Shown: positions 38,042 through 51,880, counted from the whole stretch's first letter. The stretch is 63,882 bases of DNA, filler included, from Reticulomyxa filosa (GCA_000512085.1; 14 parts of 14 records of this genome joined end to end with filler, not necessarily neighbours in it), one strand, 5' to 3'. Numbers and translations are program-made. Notes: generated from the sequence alone by a model not told the origin.

Positions 38042-41000
38042 CTGTTGTTGTTGTTACGATTGCTATTGTAAAATTTGGGGAACAACATCTGTTGCTTCGA
38101 TGAGTGAATAACACCAACACTGTTTTGGTAGTTTTGTTTGTTCTTGTCCTCACCGAAAAACGAAGACGAGGTCCCATTGAAATCGTGATGATAATATTAA
38201 TAAAGTGCCACGACATCCCAGAGATAAGCAGCCAGATATTCACAAACAAAATGCCAAAACCTTCAAAATGAAAAAGGCTCAGGCAGACGCGCCAACAAGT
38301 TCAAAATTTAAATGCGAGCCACAAGATGATTTTAATCCAATTGCAAAAAGTAAACTTGTAGAAACAGTAGTGTTTGCTCAGCTATTGAAGTTGTTGTCAC
38401 GAGTTTTAGATTCAATATTTGATGATAGGGATTCTTGGAAAGTTGTTTTTTATCCTTAACATTATGTCTATTTACAGAATAAGACGTATTTTATTGAATT
38501 GGTCCAATTATTGCTCTATTTTATCGATTTTATATCACGTTTGTTCGATAAGTATTAAACTAATTGATTTGGATAGGAGTTTTGTGTGGGGTTGCTTCAT
38601 TAAGCGTGACACACAATAAACATGCAACCATTTGGATTGCTTGTCATACTTTGATGCATTGTTTTTTTTCAAAATTGAAAAATTCTCTTCTCTTCATGTT
38701 TTCTGTTTTGTATAAGCTGCAACTTTCGGAAATACTTTAAAATGACTTTTAGAAGATTGGATAATTAATTAAGGAAAAGCAAATAACTAGACTGAATTCC
38801 AATGTGTTTGTAATAAAGTGCAAAACGGAAACTTCAAGACGTAAAGCGATGGAGGAAGTAACAAGTTAGTCGAAACGGCTTGCAAACAATATGAAAACAA
38901 TTGTTTCTGGTAGTACCAAAGCTCTTTTAATAAATTTAATGCTTTCCTATCTCTTTGCATCACAAAACAATTTGCATCACTCTCATTTTAATTTCGTTGT
39001 TATATCATCTATGTTCATTTTCTTAATTCTGCTTATTTCGATATTTTTTTACATCATCTCTTTTTCTATTGCATAAAATTTGCTTGTATATGCCAAGGAG
39101 GACAAATATTTTGATTCGCTAATTTTTTTCTACGCATTAAAAATGAATGATCATTTTTGTATTTATTTTAATCTTCTAGCTTATATGCAATGTTCATTAC
39201 GTATACAAAAAAACCTAGTTTTGCATTCATATTCTTTTGCACTTTTGTAGGGTAATACATTGGAAAAGGAGTTATTTAAAAGTAAGCTCCATGCTGTGTA
39301 AAGTTGGCTTGTTAGATTGTTTGAAGAGAGAAGAGCCAAACAACATTTGCAGAAGCAGAACTTTTTTGAAAAAAAGGAAAACTTTTCCACTTTCAGAGAA
39401 AAAAAAAAATTATTCAAAAATTAAACAATATTCCATTAAATATTCAATCCAAAAGACAATTATAATATTCAATTACGTGTTGCTAAGTTGTTTTTAGAAA
39501 TCAAATGTTATCCAAAATTTCAGCAATTCTTTAAGTAATTTCGTCTAAAATATTGAAATATTTCAAAAATTGTAATTTTCCATCTTTTTTTTATAAGCAC
39601 ATCACATTTTACTAAACAAAAAAAAGGGTTTTTTCTTTCTTTTTTGTCGTCTTTACGTGTGCCAACTTGTTGTGGTGATATTGCTCCACAGTCCAACACT
39701 GCAACAGTACGGTTTTTTTGTAGTGTTTTATATTTCTTCAACTGAAGAAGAAAAGTCTGTTTGTTTGTGTTTTCAACAGACTCACATTTTAAAAAAAAAA
39801 TGAATTGTTATTTTGGATGCAAAACATCCTTCTGCAAGAGAAAAATGATAAATGGGGTACGGCCCCCCGTCTCCGAAAGGAGTTACAAAGGTTTGCAATC
39901 TATTTATTTATTTATTTATTTTTAATATATTCAACTTTGTTTTGTTTGACAACAGCCGTCACCAGCCTATCAAAAAAAAAAAGTGTTTTACCTTCCCTAC
40001 CCTGCAAAGAAAAAAACTGGGGTTGAAGTCCACCCTGCATGAAAATAAAAATGAAAGGGTGTGTATATTTTTATACGTTTTGTTTTATTATAATAATTTT
40101 ATTTGTTTGTTTATATTTGTAAATAGGCATGCCCCCGCAATAAAATAACTTTCTTTTGCCTCCCGCCAATTCATAATAAAAATGTTGTTTTTTGGAAAAG
40201 GAAAAAAAAAATAGGAAAATGAAAATTGAAATTGGAGCTTGGCTCCGTCGACAAAAGTTAATTTTGTTTTTTTTTTCTTTAAAAAATAAAAAATTTATTT
40301 ATTATTTGTATAGATTTGCAAGACCAAAAGAAATTGAAAAGAATGTTTTTTTTTTTTTTTAACAAAATGTTTGTGTTAATTGGGAGGGAAAAAAATTATA
40401 TGGAAAAAAATGTGGGAAAAAATAAATGGAAAAAAATGATGGGAAAAGTTGAAAAAAATAATGGAAAAAATGAAAAAATAAAAAAGAAATTTTATTGAAA
40501 ATAAAATAATGAAGAAAAAATAAAAAAGATGAAAATTAAAGAAAAAAAAGAAATAGAAAAAAGATGAAAAAAATTTGAAAAGAAAAAAGAAAATAAAAAT
40601 AATAAGAAAAAAAATGAAAAAGAAAATTTAATTTTTTTTAATTTTTAAGTTAAGTATATATTTTTATTTGATTTATTTTTAAAAAAAAACATTTGACATA
40701 ATGTATAGGAACGATGTCTGTGTAACGAAAAATGTGCGTCCAATTAAATCTTCGTTAAGTTATAAAAATATTGTTTTATGTGTAGATCAAATTTTGTGAA
40801 ATAATTTAAAAAATCTTATTGTGTGTTTGTGGCATTAGATTGAAGTATGATCCTGTTCGTTGAAAAAAGTTAGATATGAATTATCGTTACTTGTGGTATG
40901 GTAATGTTGCAATTATAATCGGCTGTTGAACTTTTGGTTGCAATGCAATTTGGATCGATATAGTTGTTGCAGTTGCTGATATTGAGTTCCTGTTCGTTGG

Positions 41001-41439
41001 CGAGTTGCTGATTAATGTTGGGTTTGTATACGTGTCGTCAGATAGTTAAATTCCAATGTTATTCTTTGCAGTATTTTTGTTGATCAGTTGCGGTAAATCG
41101 TATAAAATTATCTTTTTTTGTGTATATTAGAAACACGTATAATTTGAAGACTTGTCTGTATGTGTATAGATAATTTGGAAATTTTAAAAGATGATGAAAA
41201 AGGAAAAATATATGAAAGTGGTGATGGAGAATGCTGTATACGTAGTGGTGGATAGTCTGATGAAGATGGCCAAAAGAATATCGAACAGTCATCCGCAGAT
41301 ATCATAATAGGAGTTGCCAAATCTCAACAAAATCCTTTGAGGATATCAAAAATTACTGGCATTACGATAATGCAAACTTTATACGTCCAACCCCCCATGT
41401 CATTTAATAGTATTTTCTCTATTGTTCACATTCCGGACC

Positions 41440-42760
41440 AATTCGCAGCTTTTCCATCAAATCTCCGCTTCTACAGTCGATGTCACAATTTTTTCGACTA
41501 TTCATTATTACAATTTGGTATAGAACTTGTCTTGTCACACGTGCGCAATAATACGCTATTGATTGGTAAAGAATTGACGATCTCACAAGCATTATTCATT
41601 GGATTCGTCTTTGACAATTAAAAGGTCTTTTTGGTGCAAATGGACAAGTGGGAAATTGTAGCAATCGTCGCAACACCGATGAAATGTGAATGACCAGCGC
41701 AAAAATTATTTGAATTGGCCAAAATCGAACAACAGTGAGGCCTATAGTGTATTTGTGCTATTGCAATCCGTCGAATTGTCCAAAAGTTGTATTCAATAAA
41801 TAGTTTGTCTTTTTGGTAGGATAGTATAATCCAAAAAAACGTCTTTCAAAAAAAAAATATGTACATACAAATAGGCTGTGAACATTGGCAAGTTACTTGC
41901 GAGAAAAGATTCATCATGTGATCATCGAAAATGGTAATAAAAAACGGAGATATCCACAAAAAAAGGCTTTACCGAGATATACGTCATACTAATCGTCGAG
42001 CAACGATCCTGGTTTGCTGGCCTCGATAATAAAAAAAAGAATTTGATAACATTCGTCGGCAGTGCAGCATAAATGGAGTCAAATAATTGGTCAAATCCTC
42101 AAACAGTGTTGATGCTTTGTGTAGATTAAATGATCATTACAATATTATGCGTTCAACTCCCCAGATCATTTTGACTTCGCTTCCATCCAACATCAACTTC
42201 TACAATTGCCTTCCCACTTTCTCTACGGCCCATCACCATCAGATTTGGGATATTAAACTTGCATTGTCATTCGCGCAATGACACGTTGTTTATTGAAAAG
42301 CTTGACGATCCTGCAATTATTATCCACTGGATTCATCTTACTATTAAAAGGTTTCTCTGGAGACAAGTGCAAATGGATAAGAGGCGGAAAATTGTGGTGA
42401 TCGTCGCAATATCGTGTTAATGTGAAGACCAACGAAAGCTGTTCGAGTGTATTTGTGTTATTGCAATTCGTCCAAAAAGTTCAAAAGCTGTTCTCAATAA
42501 ATAGACTGTCTTTTTATGAGTATATAGAATAACCAAAATATTTCTTTAAAAAAAAAAATATATGTACACATACAAATAGGTTGCGAACAAGTGGCAAATC
42601 ACTTGTGAGAAAAGGTGTATTACGTAATTATCAAAAACGGCCATTAAACGAAGATATTCCAAAAAAAAAAGATCACACGAATTTTTTATCGACGTATACG
42701 CCATTATAGTCGTCGACAGCTATCTGTATTTGCTTGCCTCGACGATTAAAAAAAAAAAAA
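41440..42760 (+). pseudogene. Two tandem, diverged and degraded copies (~720-bp unit) of an unknown intron-containing coding segment
   Basis: FPSNLRFYSR...RNNTLLIG versus LPSNINFYNC...RNDTLFIEK. Shared gtgtatttgtg.tattgcaat, an intron-like end ...tgtacatacaaatag and gcctcga segments; multiple stops. Confidence 0.55.
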
Positions 42761-42761
42761 T

Positions 42762-42861
42762 NNNNNNNNNNNNNNNNNNNNNNNNNNNNNNNNNNNNNNN
42801 NNNNNTTAATTAATTAANNNNNNNNNNNNNNNNNNNNNNNNNNNNNNNNNNNNNNNNNNNN
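42762..42861. other. Artificial contig spacer
   Basis: N44-TTAATTAATTAA-N44. Confidence 0.98.
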
Positions 42862-45800
42862 TGTGTGTGTATGGATACAGAAACGTAGTGACCTCAGGCC
42901 AAATCGAAAGCCAAAACATTAGTGCAAATGGAACTGGTCAGTCTATAATAAGTCTACTGGACGCCCATATGGTGACGGTAAAGCAATGGCATGTAGAAAA
43001 CATGCAAGGTAGCATATTGTCCGCGCGATCATTGCAAACCTTGATAATATCGGATTCTAGATTCGAGGCTATTCCATTGCAACTGCCTGCATCACGCGCC
43101 ATTTTTGAAATGCAACAAACGAGTACGTTGGTGATTGACAACACTACTTTTGTCATGTCCAGACCGACAACAACAGCGACGACGACGACGACAACAACAA
43201 CAACAACGACGACACCAACGACACCGATAATAACAGACAGCGAGAATCTGAATTGTACACTCTTCATGGTGGCAATGGACGATCCGACACTCATGTTTAT
43301 ATCGAACAGTCAGTTCAAGTCGATCAACTGCCATCTCTTCAACATATCAATGAATGGATCCTTACAGTCGATGGCGTTCGAGTCTTCGCGATTTGAGATG
43401 ATTGAAGGCAATATCTTGACCATCTACGATTACGGCCATTACGGCAGCGAAGATCGCTCCATCTCTCCTGTGTTCCCGACGTATATTCAAAACTGCACCT
43501 TTTCACATCTCTTCGATTCACTCATCTTTATCGACGCGACGTCCAACGTCTCACTCTCTTCGTCCCAGTTCCTGGACTCGAGCCAATTCTCCATCGTCTG
43601 TTTCAACTGCAGGCAATTTCATGTTAACTCGGTCCTTTTTGCCAATCTCACGGGGTCGACATTTCATCTGATTTCTTTCATGACTAATGAGTGGTCCAAC
43701 CGTCTTGAAACAAGTTACATATACATATATATACATATATATGTATATATGTATATACATATTTTTTTTATTTTTTTTTGGGGGGGGGGGAAGGTGACAC
43801 ACGTGTGCATAACGTGACATTTGCACAAGTGGATTATCTCGGATATAACTTGATTTATTGCAATCAATCGACAACTTTTTCACTGTCCAATTTGAATTTA
43901 ATTGAAAACGTCAATCCTCAGTTTGAAATCGTGTCTGATTGGTTGAATTTCTATTCCATCCATTTTCATCACAACATGTTTCAAAACACCACCCTATATG
44001 ACGATGTCGCGCCTGTATTTACTACATTCATTTCTGAATCCTCTTATGGTTTGCAGTATATACATACATATACATATATATATATATATGTATATATATA
44101 TTTTTTTAGTTCACATATCTTCTCTCTTATGTGTTACGTATGCTATTGAAACTGAAGGTGGGATAAGCGTGAAGGACATAACTATCAAAGACGCGTGGAC
44201 AGACATCCCTGTAAGACTGTTTGATGTGTACGACGACAATAACGGAGTAATCGACATTTCGCACGTGTACATCGATGGATGGCATGGAAGTATATTTGAC
44301 ATATTCTGCGAGACGACCGTGCCCACGAATATTCGAATCGACTCTTGCCAGTTTCGGAATATCAGAGGCCATGAATTTGCGAATGAAAGCTGTGTGTTTT
44401 GCATTTCAGACCACCCTTCCCAGGGCTACCTTGCCTCCAACATCACCATCACCAATTCCATTTGGTCCAATATCTCCACCATGCAAGTTATCGACGTCGA
44501 GTTGGCGGGGGCGTACCCGATCATCATCCTCCAAAACGTTGTGATCGAACAGTGTTCCAACGCTTTTCTTCATCTCGTCGCCAAGCAAGTGTCGTTGAAC
44601 TCGGTTGTGTGCAGAGACAATACCGTCCAAACTCCTTCCACGCAAATGTCCTTGCTTTCTATTCAAATCGTTGATCCATTTGAATACTTTGCTGTTCGTG
44701 ACATTGGTAATATATATATTTATTTATTTTATTTGTTCATAACATCAAAGTATTGAGATATATACATATATATATATATACATATATATGTGTATGCTGG
44801 AAAAAAAAGTTGGAGTGACAATGGAAAATGTGACATTTCAAAACAACACCTCTCCAAATGGCATATTGTATTCGCAAGGAAACTATTACGGAGTGACGTG
44901 GAATATCTCCTCTTCCTCGTTTGTTCAAAACACGGGTGGTGTTATCATTAGCGTCGGTCAGCAAGTGGTTTTGCAAAACTGTTTTATTGCTTCGTATTCT
45001 GAACCGTTTTGTGCTGTGTGTGTGTGTGTGTGTGTGCTAATTGAATACACATTATACAAATGAAAATAAATAAAAAAACAAAAAAACAAAAGGCCTTCCT
45101 ATCTCCCATTCAATTTCCTGTTCTCCAACCTAAAAAAAGTCTATGTAAATAACTCGGTGTTCGAGAGCAATAACATGCCCTCTGGCGCAGGGGCGGCGTT
45201 ACGCACGGAAAACTGCGACTATCTATTCATCTCTGCGACCTCGTTCGTGAACAACAGCGCCTACACCGGAGGGGCCCTTGCGGCCATCAACTTCAAAGGC
45301 ATTCAAATGGCGGAGTGCCACTTCAACAATAGTCGCTCTTCGACCGACGGTGGGGCCATGTATTTGGTGGTCTCGCCGGTGTGGAAGCAGAACGAAGTCG
45401 ACAATCACATCAGTGTCGTCCAGTCTTTATTTTATGCCAATCAGGCCGTGTTGCAAGGCGGAGTCATTGAAATCGACTCTGGGCATTTGATGCTTCACGA
45501 CTCTACTTTTCTTCACAATCGTGCACAATTAGGTAACAAATAAACAAACAAACAATAATAATAATAATAATAATAATAACAATGCTATTCTTTTTTGATT
45601 AAAAAAAAAAAAAAGGTGGTGTAATTGGTATAAAAGAACAAAACTCAATGGAAGTAATGAACAGCATATTTGTGAACAACACTGCCATTTTCGGAGGGGT
45701 GTTTGCAGAGTCGTTTGGCAATGACCGAGAGAAACTGATCGCAGACTCCACTTTTTTGCAAAACAACGCAGCCTCGGATGGCGGAGTCTTTTACATCGAT

Positions 45801-46055
45801 TCTCCGAATTGGGTCATTCAACATTCCACTTTCGAATCATGCTACTCCAAAGGCTCTGGTGGTAAGGGGCTGTTATATATGTATATACATATATACATAT
45901 ATGTATTCTGTCTCTGTCTGTCTTGCTCTGCACCACACAACTACTTTACTTTCAATAGGTATGATGTACGCGCATATGTCGGCCAGCGCCATTGTCACTT
46001 CGTCAAATTTTAAGATAACTTTGCACAGAGTGGTGGCTGTTTTTATCTTGACAGG
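42862..46055 (+). CDS. Large extracellular right-handed beta-helix protein with polymorphic-membrane-protein (FxxN/GGAI) repeats; internal multi-exon fragment
   Basis: FVNNSAYTGGALA, FNNSRSSTDGGAMY, FYANQAVLQGGVI, FVNNTAIFGGVF, FLQNNAASDGGVFY; many NxS/T sites, a Thr tract and several TA-rich introns. Confidence 0.8.
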
Positions 46056-46136
46056 TGAATTATACACTAGAGATATTTATATCCATATGTGTATATTTAT
46101 ACAATATCCCTCAATCTTATCAATGATAACAAAAAA

Positions 46137-46236
46137 NNNNNNNNNNNNNNNNNNNNNNNNNNNNNNNNNNNNNNNNNNNNTTAATTAATTAANNNNNNNN
46201 NNNNNNNNNNNNNNNNNNNNNNNNNNNNNNNNNNNN
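46137..46236. other. Artificial contig spacer
   Basis: N44-TTAATTAATTAA-N44. Confidence 0.98.
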
Positions 46237-46408
46237 CACACACACACATAGAAAAATTGATGACCCTAATTTACTGACTTTTATATATGTATATATATAT
46301 ATTTTTTTATTGTTTGTTGTTATTGTTGTCGTTTAATAACATCATTCAAAAAAAAACAAATACACAAATATTCCTTTGATGTTTGTTATTTAACACACAC
46401 CTAATTAC

Positions 46409-47014
46409 CTGCCATAAATCTCCCCCATGTCGGACCTTGGGCATCCTCCGGCCGTACTCGGTTGATTCGCACTTGCCAGGCACGAGTGCACAATGGATGA
46501 TTTGGACAATTCAACTTCGACATATCTTGGCAATCTCCATACTCTTTTACATTTGTTTGTTGATAAATTCCAAAGAATATTCGATCTGGATCAGCTGCCG
46601 CTGCAAATGCAGATGCTACTGACGCTGCACAGTCTGTTGCACATTTTTATTACATAACAAAGTCAAAAAATTCTTTTCTTCCCTCTCTCTCTCCCTCTCT
46701 TTCTCTCTCTTCCTGCCTTTGATCCAAAAAACAACCAAATTGCCTGGATCATTCAAACTTGGCATCGCCACAAATATTGCATCTTGCGGTATTGAATACT
46801 CCTTGCTTGAACTTTTTTCGTTCACAGGTTTTCGCATTATTATAGGGGTATCCGGTTGTGGTGGATGGAACCCCATTAGAACAGAGAGCAGTAACAGACC
46901 AACGAAAAAAAGTCCTGCAATCACAAGAATGAATTGTATCAATGGAAATTTTGATGGATTGTTCGTTGCAACATTTTTGGATATTCGTTGTCCGGTGCTA
47001 AACCACATTATCAT
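46409..47014 (-). CDS. GT60/GlcNAc-family alpha-N-acetylglucosaminyltransferase, type II membrane (Gnt1/Gnt2-like), N-terminal part
   Basis: A TM anchor, then IFVAMPSLNDP|DCAASVASAFAAAADPDRIFFGIYQQ...DC...C...QVRINRV...AQGPTWGRF, matching the family pattern IFVSIASYRDP.C...RVFVG..QQ...A.GP..AR. Confidence 0.8.
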
Positions 47015-47189
47015 CAATAAAATATCAAATTTTTTGGGGTTATTAAAAAAGTTCTTAATTGTGCAACAATTTTTTTTTCGTCTGTGAACGTTGGAAGATG
47101 ATCAACTAATTATATTTTTTTTTAAGAAAAAAGTATTTTGAATAGAAATATTTCTAAACAAACAATTTTATACTTTGCTTTTTTTATAT

Positions 47190-48030
47190 TTAAGAAATTT
47201 GGGCACGTGTTAATGGAGCAGTGACAGTGCCAGCAGTGGTAACAAATGTATGCCCATTCCATGACATTTCCCCATTTTCATTTGTTTTCAAATGGGGGAA
47301 AATGTCAGTTTCCCAAAATGTGTCTTGTTTTTTGCTTGAAATTTTGACAGATTCATCCGCATCCCATTGAAGCAAGTCCTGATCGGACAAGTTTAATCGT
47401 TCTCCAACTTTGGAGCCAGGAGGCGGAGAAACAAGTTTTACAACACTGCGGTCACCAGTGGAGGCAGCAAGCAGCATGCCTTGAGATTCGACTTGCCTCA
47501 TTTTTGTTGGTTTCAAGTTTGCAAACACAACAACCAAACGGCCCTCGAATTCTTCTTCTTTGACGTACTCCACCAATCCACTGACAATCTTTATTGATAT
47601 GTCCATTTTTTTTTTTTTTTTTTGGAGCTACGTATACTTTAAAAAAAATAAAAAAAAATAAACTTGTCTGGGCTGAGGTTCGCCAATATCAATTTTTTCA
47701 ACGTACCACTTGTCAGTGGCATTGGGATGCCTTTGAACAGAAAGAACTTTGCCCACGCGGAAATCGACTCTGGCGATAAGAGGTCGGTCGTTGGATTGTA
47801 CTTTTTTTTTTCGAAGCGCGAGGAGTGCTGCGTGAATAGCACATCGCCGACGTTGACAACAGTATTTGGAGTCAAGTTTTCGAACCTGTCATTCAGCCTT
47901 GACAGAGTCGTTTTGGGCGTTTTCAAATCGGCAAAGATTTGAGCCGACGCAAGGGGTGCAAAAGGCTCCATAAAATGAGCCAATACGTACACACACTCCA
48001 GAGCAGTTCGAACGATTTGCAAGCGTTTAT
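47190..48030 (-). CDS. MARS: Methionyl-tRNA synthetase C-terminus (anticodon-binding helices plus EMAP-II/Trbp111 tRNA-binding domain)
   Basis: [21 protein letters not shown]..., then after a frameshift at A11 (~47802-47812) [36 protein letters not shown]|IVSGLV...[21 protein letters not shown]...[11 protein letters not shown]. Confidence 0.85.
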
Positions 48031-48130
48031 NNNNNNNNNNNNNNNNNNNNNNNNNNNNNNNNNNNNNNNNNNNNTTAATTAATTAANNNNNNNNNNNNNN
48101 NNNNNNNNNNNNNNNNNNNNNNNNNNNNNN
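48031..48130. other. Artificial contig spacer
   Basis: N44-TTAATTAATTAA-N44. Confidence 0.98.
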
Positions 48131-49019
48131 TTATTGCGCAAATGTGATAAATTTTATTCTTAAAAAAAAAAATGTAAAAAGTGTAATGTATGTGCTGATT
48201 TTTGATTAACACTGATGTATATTTATTTAATATAATCATTATTATATTAATTCACGACAATTTTTTTAGAAATTTTATAACTTATTTTATTCTTTAAACG
48301 TTTGTTTTTAAAAATGTATATTTAGTTTTACAATAAGATTTTTTTATGTACTAAAATAATAACATAATGAAGTACTTTATACGTTGTTAAGTAAAAAGAT
48401 TCGCAAAAAGTAAAGTCAATTTTCGCATTAAACAATTTCAAAAGATATGCAAAAATAAGATTTACATGTTATTAAAGTCAACTTTCGATTGGCCACAAAA
48501 GTGGCTGACTGAATAGGCTAACTTTATTATCTACAATTTAACTTTTAAATTTTTTTTGAAGGAGAAGCGCACTACTTGGACTGTCACCTTTACAAACCAT
48601 CATATCACGTGATATTGAACAAAGCAAGAAAATACACAAAAAAAAAGGCGTAATCACTTTTGAAATAAATTAAGAAAGTGCTTTTAAAAAAATATAAATT
48701 CAGCCTTTTTTAAAATGAAAACCCCTTCTCCGTTTTCATACAACGTCAATTGCGACAGACACAAATTTTTCTTAAAAAAAAAGTGTAACAATAACACTCA
48801 GTCACAAAAAAGACGAGAAACTATTCTCTAAAACGGTTTTTTTGCAAAAAAAAAGTCAATGAATAATTTTCTGTAGCGTAATTGCACGCGAATGTCATCA
48901 AAGGCTTTGAGCTCTCAGCTCTTGTGGTGTAGAGGTATACTAAACTCTCGTTGGTGTAGCTACGATTTTCAGATTGGAAAACAGCATCTCACATGCGAAA
49001 GAATCAGTAACAAACTAAC

Positions 49020-49530
49020 AACATCATCATGATACATTACATTTTTTTTTAACTCACTCCATTGATATTATTCTAAAATCTGTAATTTTATACGTGTATA
49101 TGATATATATTATATGACACATATTATATGATACATGTTATATGATATATTATACATTAGAATAAAAAAGAAAGTTGACACATAAAACGACATTTTATTA
49201 AAAAACAAATAATTAAGATATAAAACAAAAATCCAAAAAAAATATCACAAAGCAATTAAAGAAGCAAAAACAAAACAAATAACAAGCCAAATTTGAAAAA
49301 ATTTCTAAAGATAAAATAAAAAACTAAAATGGCATTTAAAAACTACAATATTCGTATATATTTTTAAAAAATTTTGATTAAATGTTGTTTTTTCATGGAG
49401 AAAATCGATCATATTCATAAAGTTCCTTTTTATGTGTCAACTATATTTTTATTCTATCATAGGATGTATTATATATTATATAAGTTTATACAATAAACTT
49501 TGTTAATGTTTATTATGTATCATAATCATT
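49020..49530. mobile_element. Degenerate MITE-like fold-back element
   Basis: tagaataaaaaagaaagttgacacataaaa (~49158-49187) is the inverted counterpart of ttttatgtgtcaactatatttttattcta (~49428-49456); outer atgatacat/atgtatcat pair. Confidence 0.5.
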
Positions 49531-50660
49531 TCGGTCTTGAACTTTTTGTTAAATTGATTTATTTAAATGATGTAATTTCTTTGTTAATGCAGACAATTCT
49601 GCTTTTTCTTTTCTTCTAATATTTGTATGTGCACAATATCACGTTCTTCACGTAAATATTGAAGCCCTATTTATTATACAAATAAAAAATCATTTATTTT
49701 TTTCCAAAAAATGTTTCTTTTACGTTTTTTCTTTTCTTCAGCCTTTTCGGACATTTTGCAAGTTCAGTATGATAATTTTGAAAAGAGGTCGACTGTTGGA
49801 GATCCATTCGCAAGCGCCCAAAGTTCAAACTGACAATGTAATGAAGATAGAGCAAAGAAAAGTAACAAAAAGGGTAAGCACAGTTTTTTTATGTTCTATA
49901 AACACAATGTATTATATAAAACTGCAGAAAATATAAATCCACATTTAGTATTATTTTTTACAGTTTATTTATTCATTTTTAGTACGATGAATAACAAAAA
50001 TTTAAAAGGAAGCAACTTATTTTTTTCTATTTTTAGTATTTTATTGTTTTTGCTTCAGTTAAAGTTATGATGTTCAACAACGGTAATAAAGTACCAATTA
50101 ATTAATCTACAATTTCTACAAGTATACCTACCAATAATGTGTACATTTTTTTGTTTTTAAATTATATTATACTTGCATTTGTTGCATTGGCAATCGTGTA
50201 AAACAGATCCCGGAGGGCATTGGATATCCTACTTGTCATATTTCATTTTACTGCAGCAAAGTGCATTAACGGATTAAGATAAAGAATAAAAAATAAAAAT
50301 GGCCCATATATATAATTAGGAAGAAAAGATGATTTGTTGGAATTCATACAAACCGACAATATTTCATTTTTCTTTCCTTCCAATTAGTTTAATTGTGCAA
50401 ATTAATTCAGCTTCGATATTTACGTCAACAAAAAAAGTTCTACGTTCTTCATTAAAAAAAGAAAGCACTTAAAAACCAAATAAGAGAAAAAGAAGCAAAG
50501 AAAAAATTAATTATACAAAAAAAAGACGATAAGCCAGTTGTGAGGATTTCTCTTTTCGCCCTCCTCCTTGTGCAAAAAAACGATGCTAAACCAAACAATT
50601 CACACAAAAAAAAAAATATTATATAAAAAAAAAAAAGAAAACTAATAACAATTAAAAACG

Positions 50661-50760
50661 NNNNNNNNNNNNNNNNNNNNNNNNNNNNNNNNNNNNNNNN
50701 NNNNTTAATTAATTAANNNNNNNNNNNNNNNNNNNNNNNNNNNNNNNNNNNNNNNNNNNN
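50661..50760. other. Artificial contig spacer
   Basis: N44-TTAATTAATTAA-N44. Confidence 0.98.
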
Positions 50761-51880
50761 CTTTATTGATAACAAAAAAAAAATCAGTTATCATGCTTTT
50801 GAATTAACTTGACTTAATGATCAATAGGGGCATTCGCAAGACTGTACCAAAGGAAGAAAGTGATATACAAAGTCAAATTACTGATGCAGGAGTTGACAGT
50901 AAATGTAAGAGTGAAAATGAAAAAATAATATTGGACCGTCATAATAAAAAACATTACCTTGGGTATGTATACAAAAACGATAATTATGATAATTGTAATA
51001 TTCGTGTAATCGATCAATCAAATAAAAATGACATGATAATAATGTTAAATAAAAAAGATCATATGCATATAACGAATCTTGCAACTTTGGTTAGCCCTTT
51101 ACATTAATTATAAGTTATATGATTTGTATAGAATCTCGAGTTGGTCTATTAATAGCATATCATCGATTTGTGTATATGGAGATTGATAAAATTGATGATA
51201 CAAATAAATTATTTAATATAAAAATCCATAAAATGATAACTGCATCATCATTTAAGCATGCAATGATTAAATTATTGAAAATATCAAAGCATGTGTTGGT
51301 CTTGGTCAAAATATCATACAATTACGATTATCTGCACCAAAATACAAAAACGAAATTTATAAATTATGACTGAAGAAGAATAACAATGAGAATCAAATGC
51401 CATTTTATGCATGTCTGAAAGATTATATGACAAACAACGACGAAAAATTATATAACATGATATACATGATGATATGTAAACAGATTGAAAATTAATAAGC
51501 TTTACAATGTGCAATTCTTGTGTGTTAATAATTTTGCCACTATATTGACAATCAAGTTTGAATTTCAAAGAATAAATTTAATTTTCACGTCATAGTCTGT
51601 ACAAATTTATATTGCAAACATATCTTGATAAATAACATGTTTGAGCCAAGCTTCTATCACTACAATAAAAGCGTAAATATTTTCTTTGTGTAAACTTGAG
51701 TTCGAGATTCTTGGTTGTAACAATTGATAATATCATTTAAAATAATATTTAAAAATTACACTATTTGTAGATATTTTTAAAAAATTATGTTCAAATGTTG
51801 TTTTTTCATTTAGAACATCAATTATCTCTATACGTTGTCGTTTTAGCTTTCAACTTTACTTTGCATTCTACTGTATATTA

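Noticed and set aside
40300-40690. Lys-rich ORF in an A-rich tract
   Set aside because: Low-complexity purine-rich non-coding sequence.
48918-48990. tRNA-like 5' segment GCTCTTGTGGTGTAGAGGTATAC
   Set aside because: A D-arm-like stem is present, but I could find no anticodon stem, TTC T-loop or complementary acceptor 3' strand.
50814-51570. Cluster of short ORFs
   Set aside because: No coherent domain; at most a decayed gene that I cannot identify.
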